From contig CBFFRP010000185.1 of assembly GCA_965644295.1 (NCBI GenBank), positions 128,284-192,283 on the forward strand: a stretch of DNA of 64,000 nt, written 5' to 3'. Position 1 is the first letter of the stretch, and the number at the start of each line of letters is the position of its first letter. The translations under genes were made by a program, and so were the position numbers. This DNA is from Paraphysomonas bandaiensis (lineage: Eukaryota > Protista > Chrysophyceae). Positions 1 to 9,375 of this stretch are shown piece by piece. The notes beneath the pieces were generated by a model that saw only the letters and a list, made by a program, of their open reading frames with translations, was not told the DNA's origin and searched no databases.

Positions 1-609
1 ATATGTAGAGTTATAGTGCCCACTATTTGCTGCTCTTTCATTGTTATCTCGAGTGTAAACCTAAATATATACGTATTTTTTTAAGATAGATCATCGCCAT
101 ACATGTAATTCATACTGCACTTCCGTTTTCCGAAAGAATTAGAAGATATTGTGTACTAGTATACAACCTTAGCCTTTGACTAGGTTTTTACACCAATGTT
201 GGTGTGACTAGAAAATTATCCAAGTTGACTAGGTCCAATAATAGATTCCGTTGTAATAGGCTGTCTAGATTCGTGTGACAATTCAAAGTATGAGAAGCGA
301 ATGACGCCTACTAGACGCCTTGAAATGTTAATGTGGTTGGATAAATCGATATCTTTGGGATGAGGTTGTGTGAATGTCTGATTATTTAGCAATAGGCGTT
401 GAGACCTTGCAGCAATTAGTGGCTAGAAGAATGCTAGTCATACTAGTTAGACCACTACCCGTAACTAATCAATACAAACTCTTTTATCCTACTATTTAAC
501 GCTACGAAAGCTGCTTGTGCGTCGCCGCAAGCACCAAGGTGCAACCACTTCCGTTCTTTTTGTGTGATATGAAATTCGCCTTTATCGTGTGTCCGTGGAC
601 TCACCGGCA

Positions 610-1664
610 CTATTGATCTGGGGGTCTCCCTTTGGGATGGGTCTCCAGTGGTGTTGGAGGGGGCTCAGCGTTCTGGATTAGGGTCCTGAGTGCACCTAGT
701 TCCAGATGTGTGGGTTGAGAGTGGTGGGGATTGTTGGGAGGAGGAGTTGGGTTTGTAGTCTGTGTTACTGTGCTCCTGTGGGGCCGCGGGTGTAGATAGA
801 GTTGTCGAAGCCGTCGGCGTTGTGGAGGTCTGGGCAGTCCAGTGCTATGTCGGGTAGGACCTGTGAGGTGTGCACGTGTGTCTGGAGTCGGGGACGCTGT
901 GGGGGGTCTTCGTTGGACCCCTAGTAGTCGAAGGACTCTCGGACGTTGTCTTGACTGACTGCGTTTCGGACGGGGTCTCGGGAGTAGCCTGGGCGGCCTT
1001 TTGGACATGGTGATATAGCGACAACCGCGATCCTGTAGCATAAGCTTCGCTGCAGTGTAAAGCGGTTGCAGGAGATTAATAACCGCTGTTTCTAGGTTCC
1101 GTAGACTGTGTGCCGTCAGGTGGTTGTGTATGGCATCTTCGAAGACCGTTTCCAGTTGGGCTGCTGTGATGGTTCCAGTCCAGTATCTCTCGACCTGTGG
1201 GATGGAGGGATTCCAGGCTCTGCTGGAGAGTCTCCGTAGTGCAGATGTGATCCAGTTGGGTAAGGTCTGAGTTCTCTGTATTTCGTGGAGCACATTTTTA
1301 TGCGATTGAAATGCAGTTTCCCTTATTTGGGTGATGGATTCATGTGTGCAGTCGAGGCACATATGTTTTAGGGAATCTAGTCGAAACCCGCAGTCAGAGC
1401 ATGCGGCTTTGGTCAGGTCAAGCCCCTGTTTGGTTTTGGCCCGGTTCCTCCCTATGCAGAAAGATTTGTCCCATGTCAGTGCCGTGTTGAGTATTCTTTG
1501 GCGTAGATTTGAGCTGAGTTTGTCTTTGGATGCACTGCCATCCGCTTGAGCTAGTTTGCGCGGGAGGTGTACTCCGCTATTGGTCCAGTAGCCAGGCGCT
1601 CGATCAGGATTGTGTCCGTAGCGTTGATCTCTGGTTGAAGTGTAGTTCTCAAGTGTCCTTAGGT
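610..1664 (-). pseudogene. LINE-A ORF, C-terminal segment (CCHC zinc finger, basic Pro-rich tail ending PKGRPPDQ)
   Basis: Near-identical to ORF 21465..22907; CSDC..HMCLDC motif; cut off from the upstream ORF by the Gypsy insertion. Confidence 0.88.
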
Positions 1665-2773
1665 TGTAAACAACTCAGGTCTTGCAACCTAAGATCACTG
1701 AAAAGATATGTGAAATGGTTGTTTATCGAAACAACAAAACAGAATGCTTATTTAACTTATCACAGCCAGCAATACAAGCTCCCAAGTATCTCGCAACCTT
1801 AAGCTCCCAAAAGGTAGATCAATTAACTTAGCTATGATTAGTTAGATAAAAAAGAAGTGAGAAGACAGGTTCCTAGTCTAAGACCCCCATAGTACACATG
1901 TCAAGCAAACAACCAGCACCGTTCAATAAATATGACCATACATGCAGTACACTGAATACAGTTCATGTCCCATGTCCATTGTACCCAAAATGCGAACTGA
2001 AATAAGCCTAGAAAACGTCCTCACAGAAAACCGCCAGTTTACTGGTCCCGAAAAAACCAAAATCCCCGATTTCGGGACCGAAAACCCCAAAACCACCGGT
2101 TTTGGAATCTTACAGTAAAATCTCCGATTTCTGAGCTACAAAGACCCCAAAACAACCAATTCCCGAGTCTTGCAAGAAATCACCAATTATAGAGTCCCAA
2201 AAAAACAGAAAACACTAGTTTTCGAGTCACTAAAAATTCGCCAGCTCATTTCATGATAAACTCAATCTCATTCCAAACGTTAAATGCATTAACACATATC
2301 GATTTCGATTAACATTCCCAACGAAAGTTACACCTTCATATCTGTATCATATATCACCCATACCGTCCTCTCGCCATATGCCTAAGGCCCCTTTCCAATT
2401 TGTGCACCTTCCGGAGAAAATTGATGGAGTGTGATAACAGCAAATAGTCGTATAGCTGAGTCCAACGAGCTACTTAAATCGCTATAACACCGACACCGAC
2501 TACCATATGAATATAGGTGTATACCAGTGAGTAGAAATCCATTGCTCAAAACCGAAATTGTGTGCTCGAGGGCAAGTCCTAGTACTCTTCTTCCTCACAG
2601 TCCTCTCATAATATAATAATAAACATTTACTACATTCGTTTCCTATATTAAACCAGCTACATGCCTTAAATGAATATCATAGTTGTATTGGAGTTATATT
2701 AGTCAGTGTCATTATCATAATATTATATCATTAAACATGAGACAAGGGTGTTATAAAAGCCCACGGCTTTACA
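1665..2773 (-). repeat. 3' LTR of Gypsy element (1109 bp)
   Basis: Direct repeat of 8268-9375; by eye I found only a 1-nt and a 2-nt indel between them. Confidence 0.96.
2027..2245. repeat. Degenerate ~30-bp tandem array inside the LTR (also at ~8630-8847)
   Basis: About 8 units with quasi-palindromic cores such as aaaaccgccagttt, aaatccccgattt, aaaaccaccggtttt, aaatctccgattt, aaatcaccaatt, aaaacactagtttt. Confidence 0.6.
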
Positions 2774-2793
2774 TTACCCTTTCTCCCCCCTCC
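2774..2793 (-). other. Polypurine tract of Gypsy element
   Basis: Minus strand GGAGGGGGGAGAAAGGGTAA directly precedes the TGTAAA of the 3' LTR. Confidence 0.85.
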
Positions 2794-2804
2794 GGATGCT
2801 GTAG

Positions 2805-5800
2805 CTACTCCTGAATAATTTTGGGATAAGCCGCAGCCAGCGACGCATCAACCAAAATCATGCGAGTAGGGTCAAAATCCTTCTGGGATCCCCAACAGTA
2901 AACCAAATAGTTGTCGAACGCATAGTTGGCACCGTTAAGGTTAAATTGAGCGCTAATCTTACGTCTAGAATTCTTATGATACCAATGGGTATACGTAAAT
3001 TCCATGACATACGAAGCTGTTGCAAAATCTGGTAAACCCAGACTCTCGTACCACAGGTCACCGTAGAACCTGAGATCAACATAAACAACATCTCCAACCG
3101 ATACTGTTGTGATGTTCTCCTTCCTCATTGAAGAGATAAAACGCTTCGCCGTAAACGAGTCATACGCAAGATGCCGCAAGTAAGGCCTAGACTCGCAGAA
3201 ATCATAATATGCTTCACACTGAATATCCGGTGTCCATGGGATGTTCAGGATATCGCCGTCTGCATACTTCACCTTGAAAACCATCGTAGATTTGGTGCGT
3301 GAATCACCCGTATATGAAAGAATCTCCTCCACCTTAAATTGCTCATGGTCCCGCATCGCCGCTTCCATAGCGGATTCCTTATCTCCGAAAAATGGCTCAA
3401 GATCAGAGACAGAGTATTCCCGAATTCCCCCGGTAAGAAGATTTCGAATTTGAACATCATTCTTGTATTGCCGTACCACTTCGAAAGGACCCTTCATCCT
3501 CGAGGATAATTTCGGATGTGGTTTAGCACCAGCGTCGAACATAACAAAATCGCCTGGACAATACTGGTTTTGTTTGGCAGGATCCAAACCCGCTTCCGCT
3601 CGTTTCTCGACTAGAGACTTCTGGTAGTCTGCTGATATCTGACGAACAAGAGCTAAGTAATCGTTCAGCCTTTTCAACAGCTGATGAGACGGATCATTGT
3701 CTCTCCCTTGGGCAGCCAAAAGATTCTTATAGATAGAATCCTGGGACCCAAACGTCAGTTCGAATGCAGAATACCCCGTCTCACTACTCTCGTGGGTATT
3801 CAGAATGAACATGATAGTAGCAAGTAACAGTTCGTCCTCTAAAACAGCATCAGCTTCGATTCTCTTATCAAAACAAATAGCCCGGATGTGACGAACCACT
3901 TCCTTAATAATACGCTCACATCCGTTGACGTGCCTGTTGGCAATACTAAAAACATGACGAAGTCCTGACAACTTAACCAGTTCTGCGAAAAGTTCTGATT
4001 TGAGATCCGGACCCATATCTGATATAATCATATCCGTGAGCCCATATGTACACCAGCACTTCCACACTGCTGTAGCCAAATTGATAGCTGTCATTCCTTT
4101 CACCGCATATAGGTACACCAATTTCGTAAACAAATTAACCATGACCACAATATGCGTGTAACCAGATTTAGAAACAGGTGTAATAGCAACCGCGTCAATT
4201 CCCAGTGCACTCCTTGAATGAGGCGGTTTTAAATGTCTAGTGATAGGAATCAATCGCTGCTTCAGCTCTCTCCTATTCTTCTGACAGTTGATACATTCGT
4301 CCACGAAGTCTGCAACCACCTTGAAAGGCACGCCGTGTCCCGGAAATTGCCTACACAGACGTTTCCACGTCTCTTTCGCACCCCAGTGTCCTGCTTGCGC
4401 GTTGTGAACCTCTTTGATAGCCTGGTAATAATCTATCCTCTGTACCTCCGTAGGCGGCGCGATCTCTTGAACGTCGTCCTCAAAATCGTCTTTTTCAAAG
4501 ATGTTATGCAGTGTCACGAAGTTCACTTCATCTGAGTCGAAATCGTCACTTTCGTCCACAAATCCGGACAAATACAGCAATCTTGACAAGCAATCCGCAA
4601 CCACATTGTTCTTCCCTGGGATATGACGAATCAAAAAGTCAAAATCCTGCAAATAAATTCTCCATCGAATTATCTTCGCAACTTCTGATGCCTCCATCCA
4701 CACAAGGTTGTTGTGGTCCGTCTCGATTGTAAATTTCTTTCCTCTCAGATAAAACGAAAATTTCTTGACTGAATAGAATATACCAAAACCCTCCTTCTCA
4801 ATAGTACACCACTTCAAGGCTTGCTCTGACAATTTCTTGGAACAGATAGCAATAGTTTGCTGTTGAATCGGACTAGACCCAGTTCCCTCAACAGTCTGGA
4901 AAAGAATGCCTGCCACTCCATAGTCACTGGCATCTGTCCTAAGTGTCCACTCAAGATCATAATTCGGATAAAACAAAGCACAAGACTGTTGCAAACCACT
5001 CTTATATTTTTCAAACTCTTGCCTATAATCATGCTGCCATGTCGTTTCTTCCCAATTAAAACTACTCTTAGTCATATCCGTAAGATGTTTAACCAAATCT
5101 GAGTAATTCTGAACAAATGGAGCAAAGAATACTCCCATACCCAACAAAGATCTAATCTTCTTACATCTATTTCCATTCTCTGGAAAAGGAATATTCAATA
5201 AAGCCTCTTTCCTATCGTCCGTGAGCTCGAAACTATTGTGCCTTACCAAATAGCCAAAAAACTTGATCTCCCTAAATCCTAACCAGGTCTTTGCAAATTT
5301 CAACACAACTCCATGTTCAATGCATCTATCCAGGAAAATCTCCAGCTTCTTATACGCATCATCAAAATCATGTGCCAATAACAGAACATTATCAAATATA
5401 CACAGCGCCCATTCCAGATCTCCAAACAATTTGACTACCGCTTCTTGCAACACACTAATCCCTGGAGACACTCCCTCCGGAAGGAATAAAGGCTGAAATT
5501 GGCCCCACGGTGTTTGAACTGACAATTTTTCAGATGTGTTCTCATGCAACCTGATCTGATGGAACGCATTCGTGAGGTCAATGTCCATAAATATCTTATA
5601 GCCAATAATACGATCCAACTCATGTCTTACATTAGGAACTGTATAGTGTGGACTTGGAATGTACTTGTTGATTTGCACGTAATCCCCACAAATCCTAATA
5701 AAAGGTTTCGTGGCTTTTGGCGCGATCACCAAACAAGAAGCCCATGGCGACCTACTAGGAACATAGATGTAACCACACAGTCTCCTGAACTCCTTCTCCG

Positions 5801-6743
5801 CATCCTCATATAATCTAGGATTTACGGGTCTTGCCTTCGGCTTGATCCTAGGAGGCAAATTCTCAGCGAACTTGATGTTCAACGGATCCACTCCTTTTAT
5901 ACCTTCCCACCGCTCTGGAACAAATACCTCTACTCCCTTAGTCCTCAATAACTCCAGCACCGGTCGCGCTGCTGAGAACTCTGGGGACACGTGCTCACCA
6001 AACATATCCTCGAACTCGCTCAAAGCTTCCTCTCTAGTCTTTCCAAGAAAACTTGAGGCAAATCCGAACTGCGAAGGATCCGGAACATCCAATTCTTCAG
6101 GTGCTACCTCCCTACTACTGTCACACCACGGCTGCAATAATTCTTCAACCGCATTCAACAACAAATCATCCTCGGTAACATCGTCCTCACGCCTTTTAAT
6201 AAAACTTACTTCTGATTCAATTCGTTCAATAGTCCTTCCTTTAAGCATAAATAGAAAATAATCCCATAGATCCTTAACGATAGCCGGAAGTCCAATGATA
6301 ATATCGTTGCTACCCATATCAGCAACAATGAAATCCCCTTCATATAACACGAACTCTCCCTTGGAGTCTTCTCTTTCAAACCTCAATTTTAATTTCACTA
6401 CAAAACTACACTTCATTCTCGACGTTTTATCGGCAAATCCTATAACTGTTTCTTTTTTTATGACTTTGTTTTCACACACATGATTTCCAAACGTCTCAAA
6501 CAAATCCTTGGAGATGAAGTTAGATGTTAGGGCTCCAGTGTCGAACAATATTCCACGCACAGATATTATATAGTTATCATCACATACAATGCTTCCCCCA
6601 GAATGAGCCAATGTCAAGTCTTTTCGTTCTCGCGTATTACAGACATTCATCAAATTTCTGAGGAAAACTCGACTAACAGTCTCAGGATCATTCAAACCGT
6701 ACAATATTTCTTCGTGATCCTGTGAACCATTAGCCTCGCACAT
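2805..6743 (-). CDS. pol: Gypsy Pol polyprotein (protease, RT, RNase H, integrase, chromodomain-like region, extra C-terminal domain)
   Basis: LFDTGA (protease); DLTNAFHQI...LPEG...IFDN (RT); TDASDYG...TDH...ADCLSR (RNase H); H-x5-H...C-x2-C and D,D,E (integrase); GPF; FKVEEIL...FKVKY...PW (chromo-like). Open 1312-aa frame. Confidence 0.95.
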   Translation of the reverse strand: MCEANGSQDHEEILYGLNDPETVSRVFLRNLMNVCNTRERKDLTLAHSGGSIVCDDNYIISVRGILFDTGALTSNFISKDLFETFGNHVCENKVIKKETVIGFADKTSRMKCSFVVKLKLRFEREDSKGEFVLYEGDFIVADMGSNDIIIGLPAIVKDLWDYFLFMLKGRTIERIESEVSFIKRREDDVTEDDLLLNAVEELLQPWCDSSREVAPEELDVPDPSQFGFASSFLGKTREEALSEFEDMFGEHVSPEFSAARPVLELLRTKGVEVFVPERWEGIKGVDPLNIKFAENLPPRIKPKARPVNPRLYEDAEKEFRRLCGYIYVPSRSPWASCLVIAPKATKPFIRICGDYVQINKYIPSPHYTVPNVRHELDRIIGYKIFMDIDLTNAFHQIRLHENTSEKLSVQTPWGQFQPLFLPEGVSPGISVLQEAVVKLFGDLEWALCIFDNVLLLAHDFDDAYKKLEIFLDRCIEHGVVLKFAKTWLGFREIKFFGYLVRHNSFELTDDRKEALLNIPFPENGNRCKKIRSLLGMGVFFAPFVQNYSDLVKHLTDMTKSSFNWEETTWQHDYRQEFEKYKSGLQQSCALFYPNYDLEWTLRTDASDYGVAGILFQTVEGTGSSPIQQQTIAICSKKLSEQALKWCTIEKEGFGIFYSVKKFSFYLRGKKFTIETDHNNLVWMEASEVAKIIRWRIYLQDFDFLIRHIPGKNNVVADCLSRLLYLSGFVDESDDFDSDEVNFVTLHNIFEKDDFEDDVQEIAPPTEVQRIDYYQAIKEVHNAQAGHWGAKETWKRLCRQFPGHGVPFKVVADFVDECINCQKNRRELKQRLIPITRHLKPPHSRSALGIDAVAITPVSKSGYTHIVVMVNLFTKLVYLYAVKGMTAINLATAVWKCWCTYGLTDMIISDMGPDLKSELFAELVKLSGLRHVFSIANRHVNGCERIIKEVVRHIRAICFDKRIEADAVLEDELLLATIMFILNTHESSETGYSAFELTFGSQDSIYKNLLAAQGRDNDPSHQLLKRLNDYLALVRQISADYQKSLVEKRAEAGLDPAKQNQYCPGDFVMFDAGAKPHPKLSSRMKGPFEVVRQYKNDVQIRNLLTGGIREYSVSDLEPFFGDKESAMEAAMRDHEQFKVEEILSYTGDSRTKSTMVFKVKYADGDILNIPWTPDIQCEAYYDFCESRPYLRHLAYDSFTAKRFISSMRKENITTVSVGDVVYVDLRFYGDLWYESLGLPDFATASYVMEFTYTHWYHKNSRRKISAQFNLNGANYAFDNYLVYCWGSQKDFDPTRMILVDASLAAAYPKIIQE

Positions 6744-6746
6744 TTG

Positions 6747-8201
6747 TCAAGTCACTCCACCAGGCCTCGGCAAAATCTTTCGCGGCCCTTTGGAATCATC
6801 TGCCATCATCTGAGACAGCTTCTTCATCATCCATTTCCGGGTTTCCGTTGCAACTGCTCCATTATGACCCTGGACATGCTTACACTCCTTCCCTTTGTAG
6901 CAGTTCCCATACAACGCATACGCAACACAACCACGGGTTGGATTAACAGTCTTCTCCAGGTTCATCACCTGTTCTATAGCTTCCTTATCAGACTCTGGTT
7001 CGCCGAGCAACATCTCCTCAACCTCATTCTCGAAATCATCATCTGACATCCCGTCATCCTTGACCACAACTATCGGGTCAACCTCCTTGTCATCTAAATC
7101 ACTGTAGAAATCATCCTCAACTCGGTCCGCAAACTGCACGTTGTTTAAAGATTTCGGTTTCTCCTTTGCAACGTATCCATTGTCCCGATTCCTCGAACTC
7201 CTTTGAATTTGCTTCCTACTGAAATCGGACCCTTCATAAGGCACCAATCTAATGTTCTTGGACGCCTCATAATGCTCACTCGCCTTGGAAACGTATGTAT
7301 CCAGAAACTCTTCAACATTACCATAATTAGTATCCGTCACTCTTGGAATCTCCGCCAGAATTCGTTTGTTGTAAGACTCGTCGATCAACTCCAAAAATAC
7401 TTGAGCAGATCCAAACTCTTTTCCTCCAACCGGCGGACACTTAGTACTATTTGCCTCCATCATGATAGTAAACGTACGCATAAAAATACTCTTTCGCTTC
7501 AAAATCTCTTGAAAAAACAGCTCATGTGTATTCGGCCGCACTGATTTCCAATCCAGTGGCTTAAAATATCTCAGCGCGTATCGCAAAGTCTCAATGAACT
7601 CCACTTTAGACAACACCTTGGTCTCCTTAGCCATCAGTTCACAAAACTTTTGAGCACTCAGCTTAACAAACATTTTATCCGTCAAGCTATTGTTGAACAT
7701 AAGCAGGTTCCGAACACGCCTGCTAACTATCTGGGCTGGCTCAAGTTTAATCCCATTGATCTGTTCGTATTCAAACCATTGGATGATAAACTTTGTAAAA
7801 TCGCTGAGCTCCATCGAATCCAGAAAAATATGCTTATGTGGCGGTTTTTCAACATTGATAACGACCTGTTTCCTAACCTCTATGTCATCCGAGCCTTGCG
7901 CTTCCCTAATAAACACAGAAGTTCGCCTTTCCTTCTTTTTCTGTTTCGGATCTTCAGCAGATTCATCATCCTGCTCCTCTCGTCTGGCACCGACACTATC
8001 ATTGACCTCCTGCTGAACCGCTGCCAGCTCATCCAGAAACTGTCCCTCTCCTATGGCAACCCTTGTCTCAAGGTGGTCCACCCTACCAGCGGTCGTTGCA
8101 CACAACTTTGCAACCTCTCCTAACTCATTAGCGATTACTCTCAACATTCCTTTGATTTCATCCATTTCGGAAGAGACAATGGGACTGCCCGAATCAGACA
8201 T
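6747..8201 (-). CDS. gag: Gypsy Gag-like protein with N-terminal coiled coil and CCCH-like finger
   Basis: First ORF after the 5' LTR, in frame with pol; C-x8-C-x5-C-x5-H motif near the C-terminus. Confidence 0.85.
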   Translation of the reverse strand: MSDSGSPIVSSEMDEIKGMLRVIANELGEVAKLCATTAGRVDHLETRVAIGEGQFLDELAAVQQEVNDSVGARREEQDDESAEDPKQKKKERRTSVFIREAQGSDDIEVRKQVVINVEKPPHKHIFLDSMELSDFTKFIIQWFEYEQINGIKLEPAQIVSRRVRNLLMFNNSLTDKMFVKLSAQKFCELMAKETKVLSKVEFIETLRYALRYFKPLDWKSVRPNTHELFFQEILKRKSIFMRTFTIMMEANSTKCPPVGGKEFGSAQVFLELIDESYNKRILAEIPRVTDTNYGNVEEFLDTYVSKASEHYEASKNIRLVPYEGSDFSRKQIQRSSRNRDNGYVAKEKPKSLNNVQFADRVEDDFYSDLDDKEVDPIVVVKDDGMSDDDFENEVEEMLLGEPESDKEAIEQVMNLEKTVNPTRGCVAYALYGNCYKGKECKHVQGHNGAVATETRKWMMKKLSQMMADDSKGPRKILPRPGGVT

Positions 8202-8267
8202 AATTTAAAAAATCTATTTCCTTAAAACTATTCTTCACTTATGTGATTTTATCGTGAGTAAATTTAC

Positions 8268-9375
8268 TGTAAACAACTCAGGTCTTGCAACCTAAGATCA
8301 CTGAAAAGATATGTGAAATGGTTGTTTATCGAAACAACAAAACAGAATGCTTATTTAACTTATCACAGCCAGCATATACAAGCTCCCAAGTATCTCGCAA
8401 CCTTAAGCTCCCAAAAGGTAGATCAATTAACTTAGCTATGATTAGTTAGATAAAAGAAGTGAGAAGACAGGTTCCTAGTCTAAGACCCCCATAGTACACA
8501 TGTCAAGCAAACAACCAGCACCGTTCAATAAATATGACCATACATGCAGTACACTGAATACAGTTCATGTCCCATGTCCATTGTACCCAAAATGCGAACT
8601 GAAATAAGCCTAGAAAACGTCCTCACAGAAAACCGCCAGTTTACTGGTCCCGAAAAAACCAAAATCCCCGATTTCGGGACCGAAAACCCCAAAACCACCG
8701 GTTTTGGAATCTTACAGTAAAATCTCCGATTTCTGAGCTACAAAGACCCCAAAACAACCAATTCCCGAGTCTTGCAAGAAATCACCAATTATAGAGTCCC
8801 AAAAAAACAGAAAACACTAGTTTTCGAGTCACTAAAAATTCGCCAGCTCATTTCATGATAAACTCAATCTCATTCCAAACGTTAAATGCATTAACACATA
8901 TCGATTTCGATTAACATTCCCAACGAAAGTTACACCTTCATATCTGTATCATATATCACCCATACCGTCCTCTCGCCATATGCCTAAGGCCCCTTTCCAA
9001 TTTGTGCACCTTCCGGAGAAAATTGATGGAGTGTGATAACAGCAAATAGTCGTATAGCTGAGTCCAACGAGCTACTTAAATCGCTATAACACCGACACCG
9101 ACTACCATATGAATATAGGTGTATACCAGTGAGTAGAAATCCATTGCTCAAAACCGAAATTGTGTGCTCGAGGGCAAGTCCTAGTACTCTTCTTCCTCAC
9201 AGTCCTCTCATAATATAATAATAAACATTTACTACATTCGTTTCCTATATTAAACCAGCTACATGCCTTAAATGAATATCATAGTTGTATTGGAGTTATA
9301 TTAGTCAGTGTCATTATCATAATATTATATCATTAAACATGAGACAAGGGTGTTATAAAAGCCCACGGCTTTACA
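8268..9375 (-). repeat. 5' LTR of Gypsy element (1108 bp)
   Basis: Direct repeat of 1665-2773 with TG...CA ends. Confidence 0.96.

Larger units (their letters stand above)
1665..9375 (-). mobile_element. Full-length Ty3/Gypsy LTR retrotransposon (chromodomain-type), 4-bp TSD AGGT
   Basis: Two ~1.1-kb LTRs with TGTAAA...TTTACA ends; AGGT at 1661-1664 and 9376-9379; gag, then PR-RT-RH-IN order; PPT next to the 3' LTR. Confidence 0.97.

Noticed and set aside
370-610. Known self-cleaving ribozyme (hammerhead, HDV-like, pistol) in the LINE 3' UTR
   Set aside because: I could not assemble a CUGANGA/GAAA core or nested pseudoknot by eye. CGTTAAATAG resembles a pistol linker, but the required pairings are missing. 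A covariance search is needed.
9333-9375. C-terminus VKPWAFITPLSHV of ORF 9333..10337 as a real protein end
   Set aside because: It is read-through into the Gypsy LTR past the insertion point.
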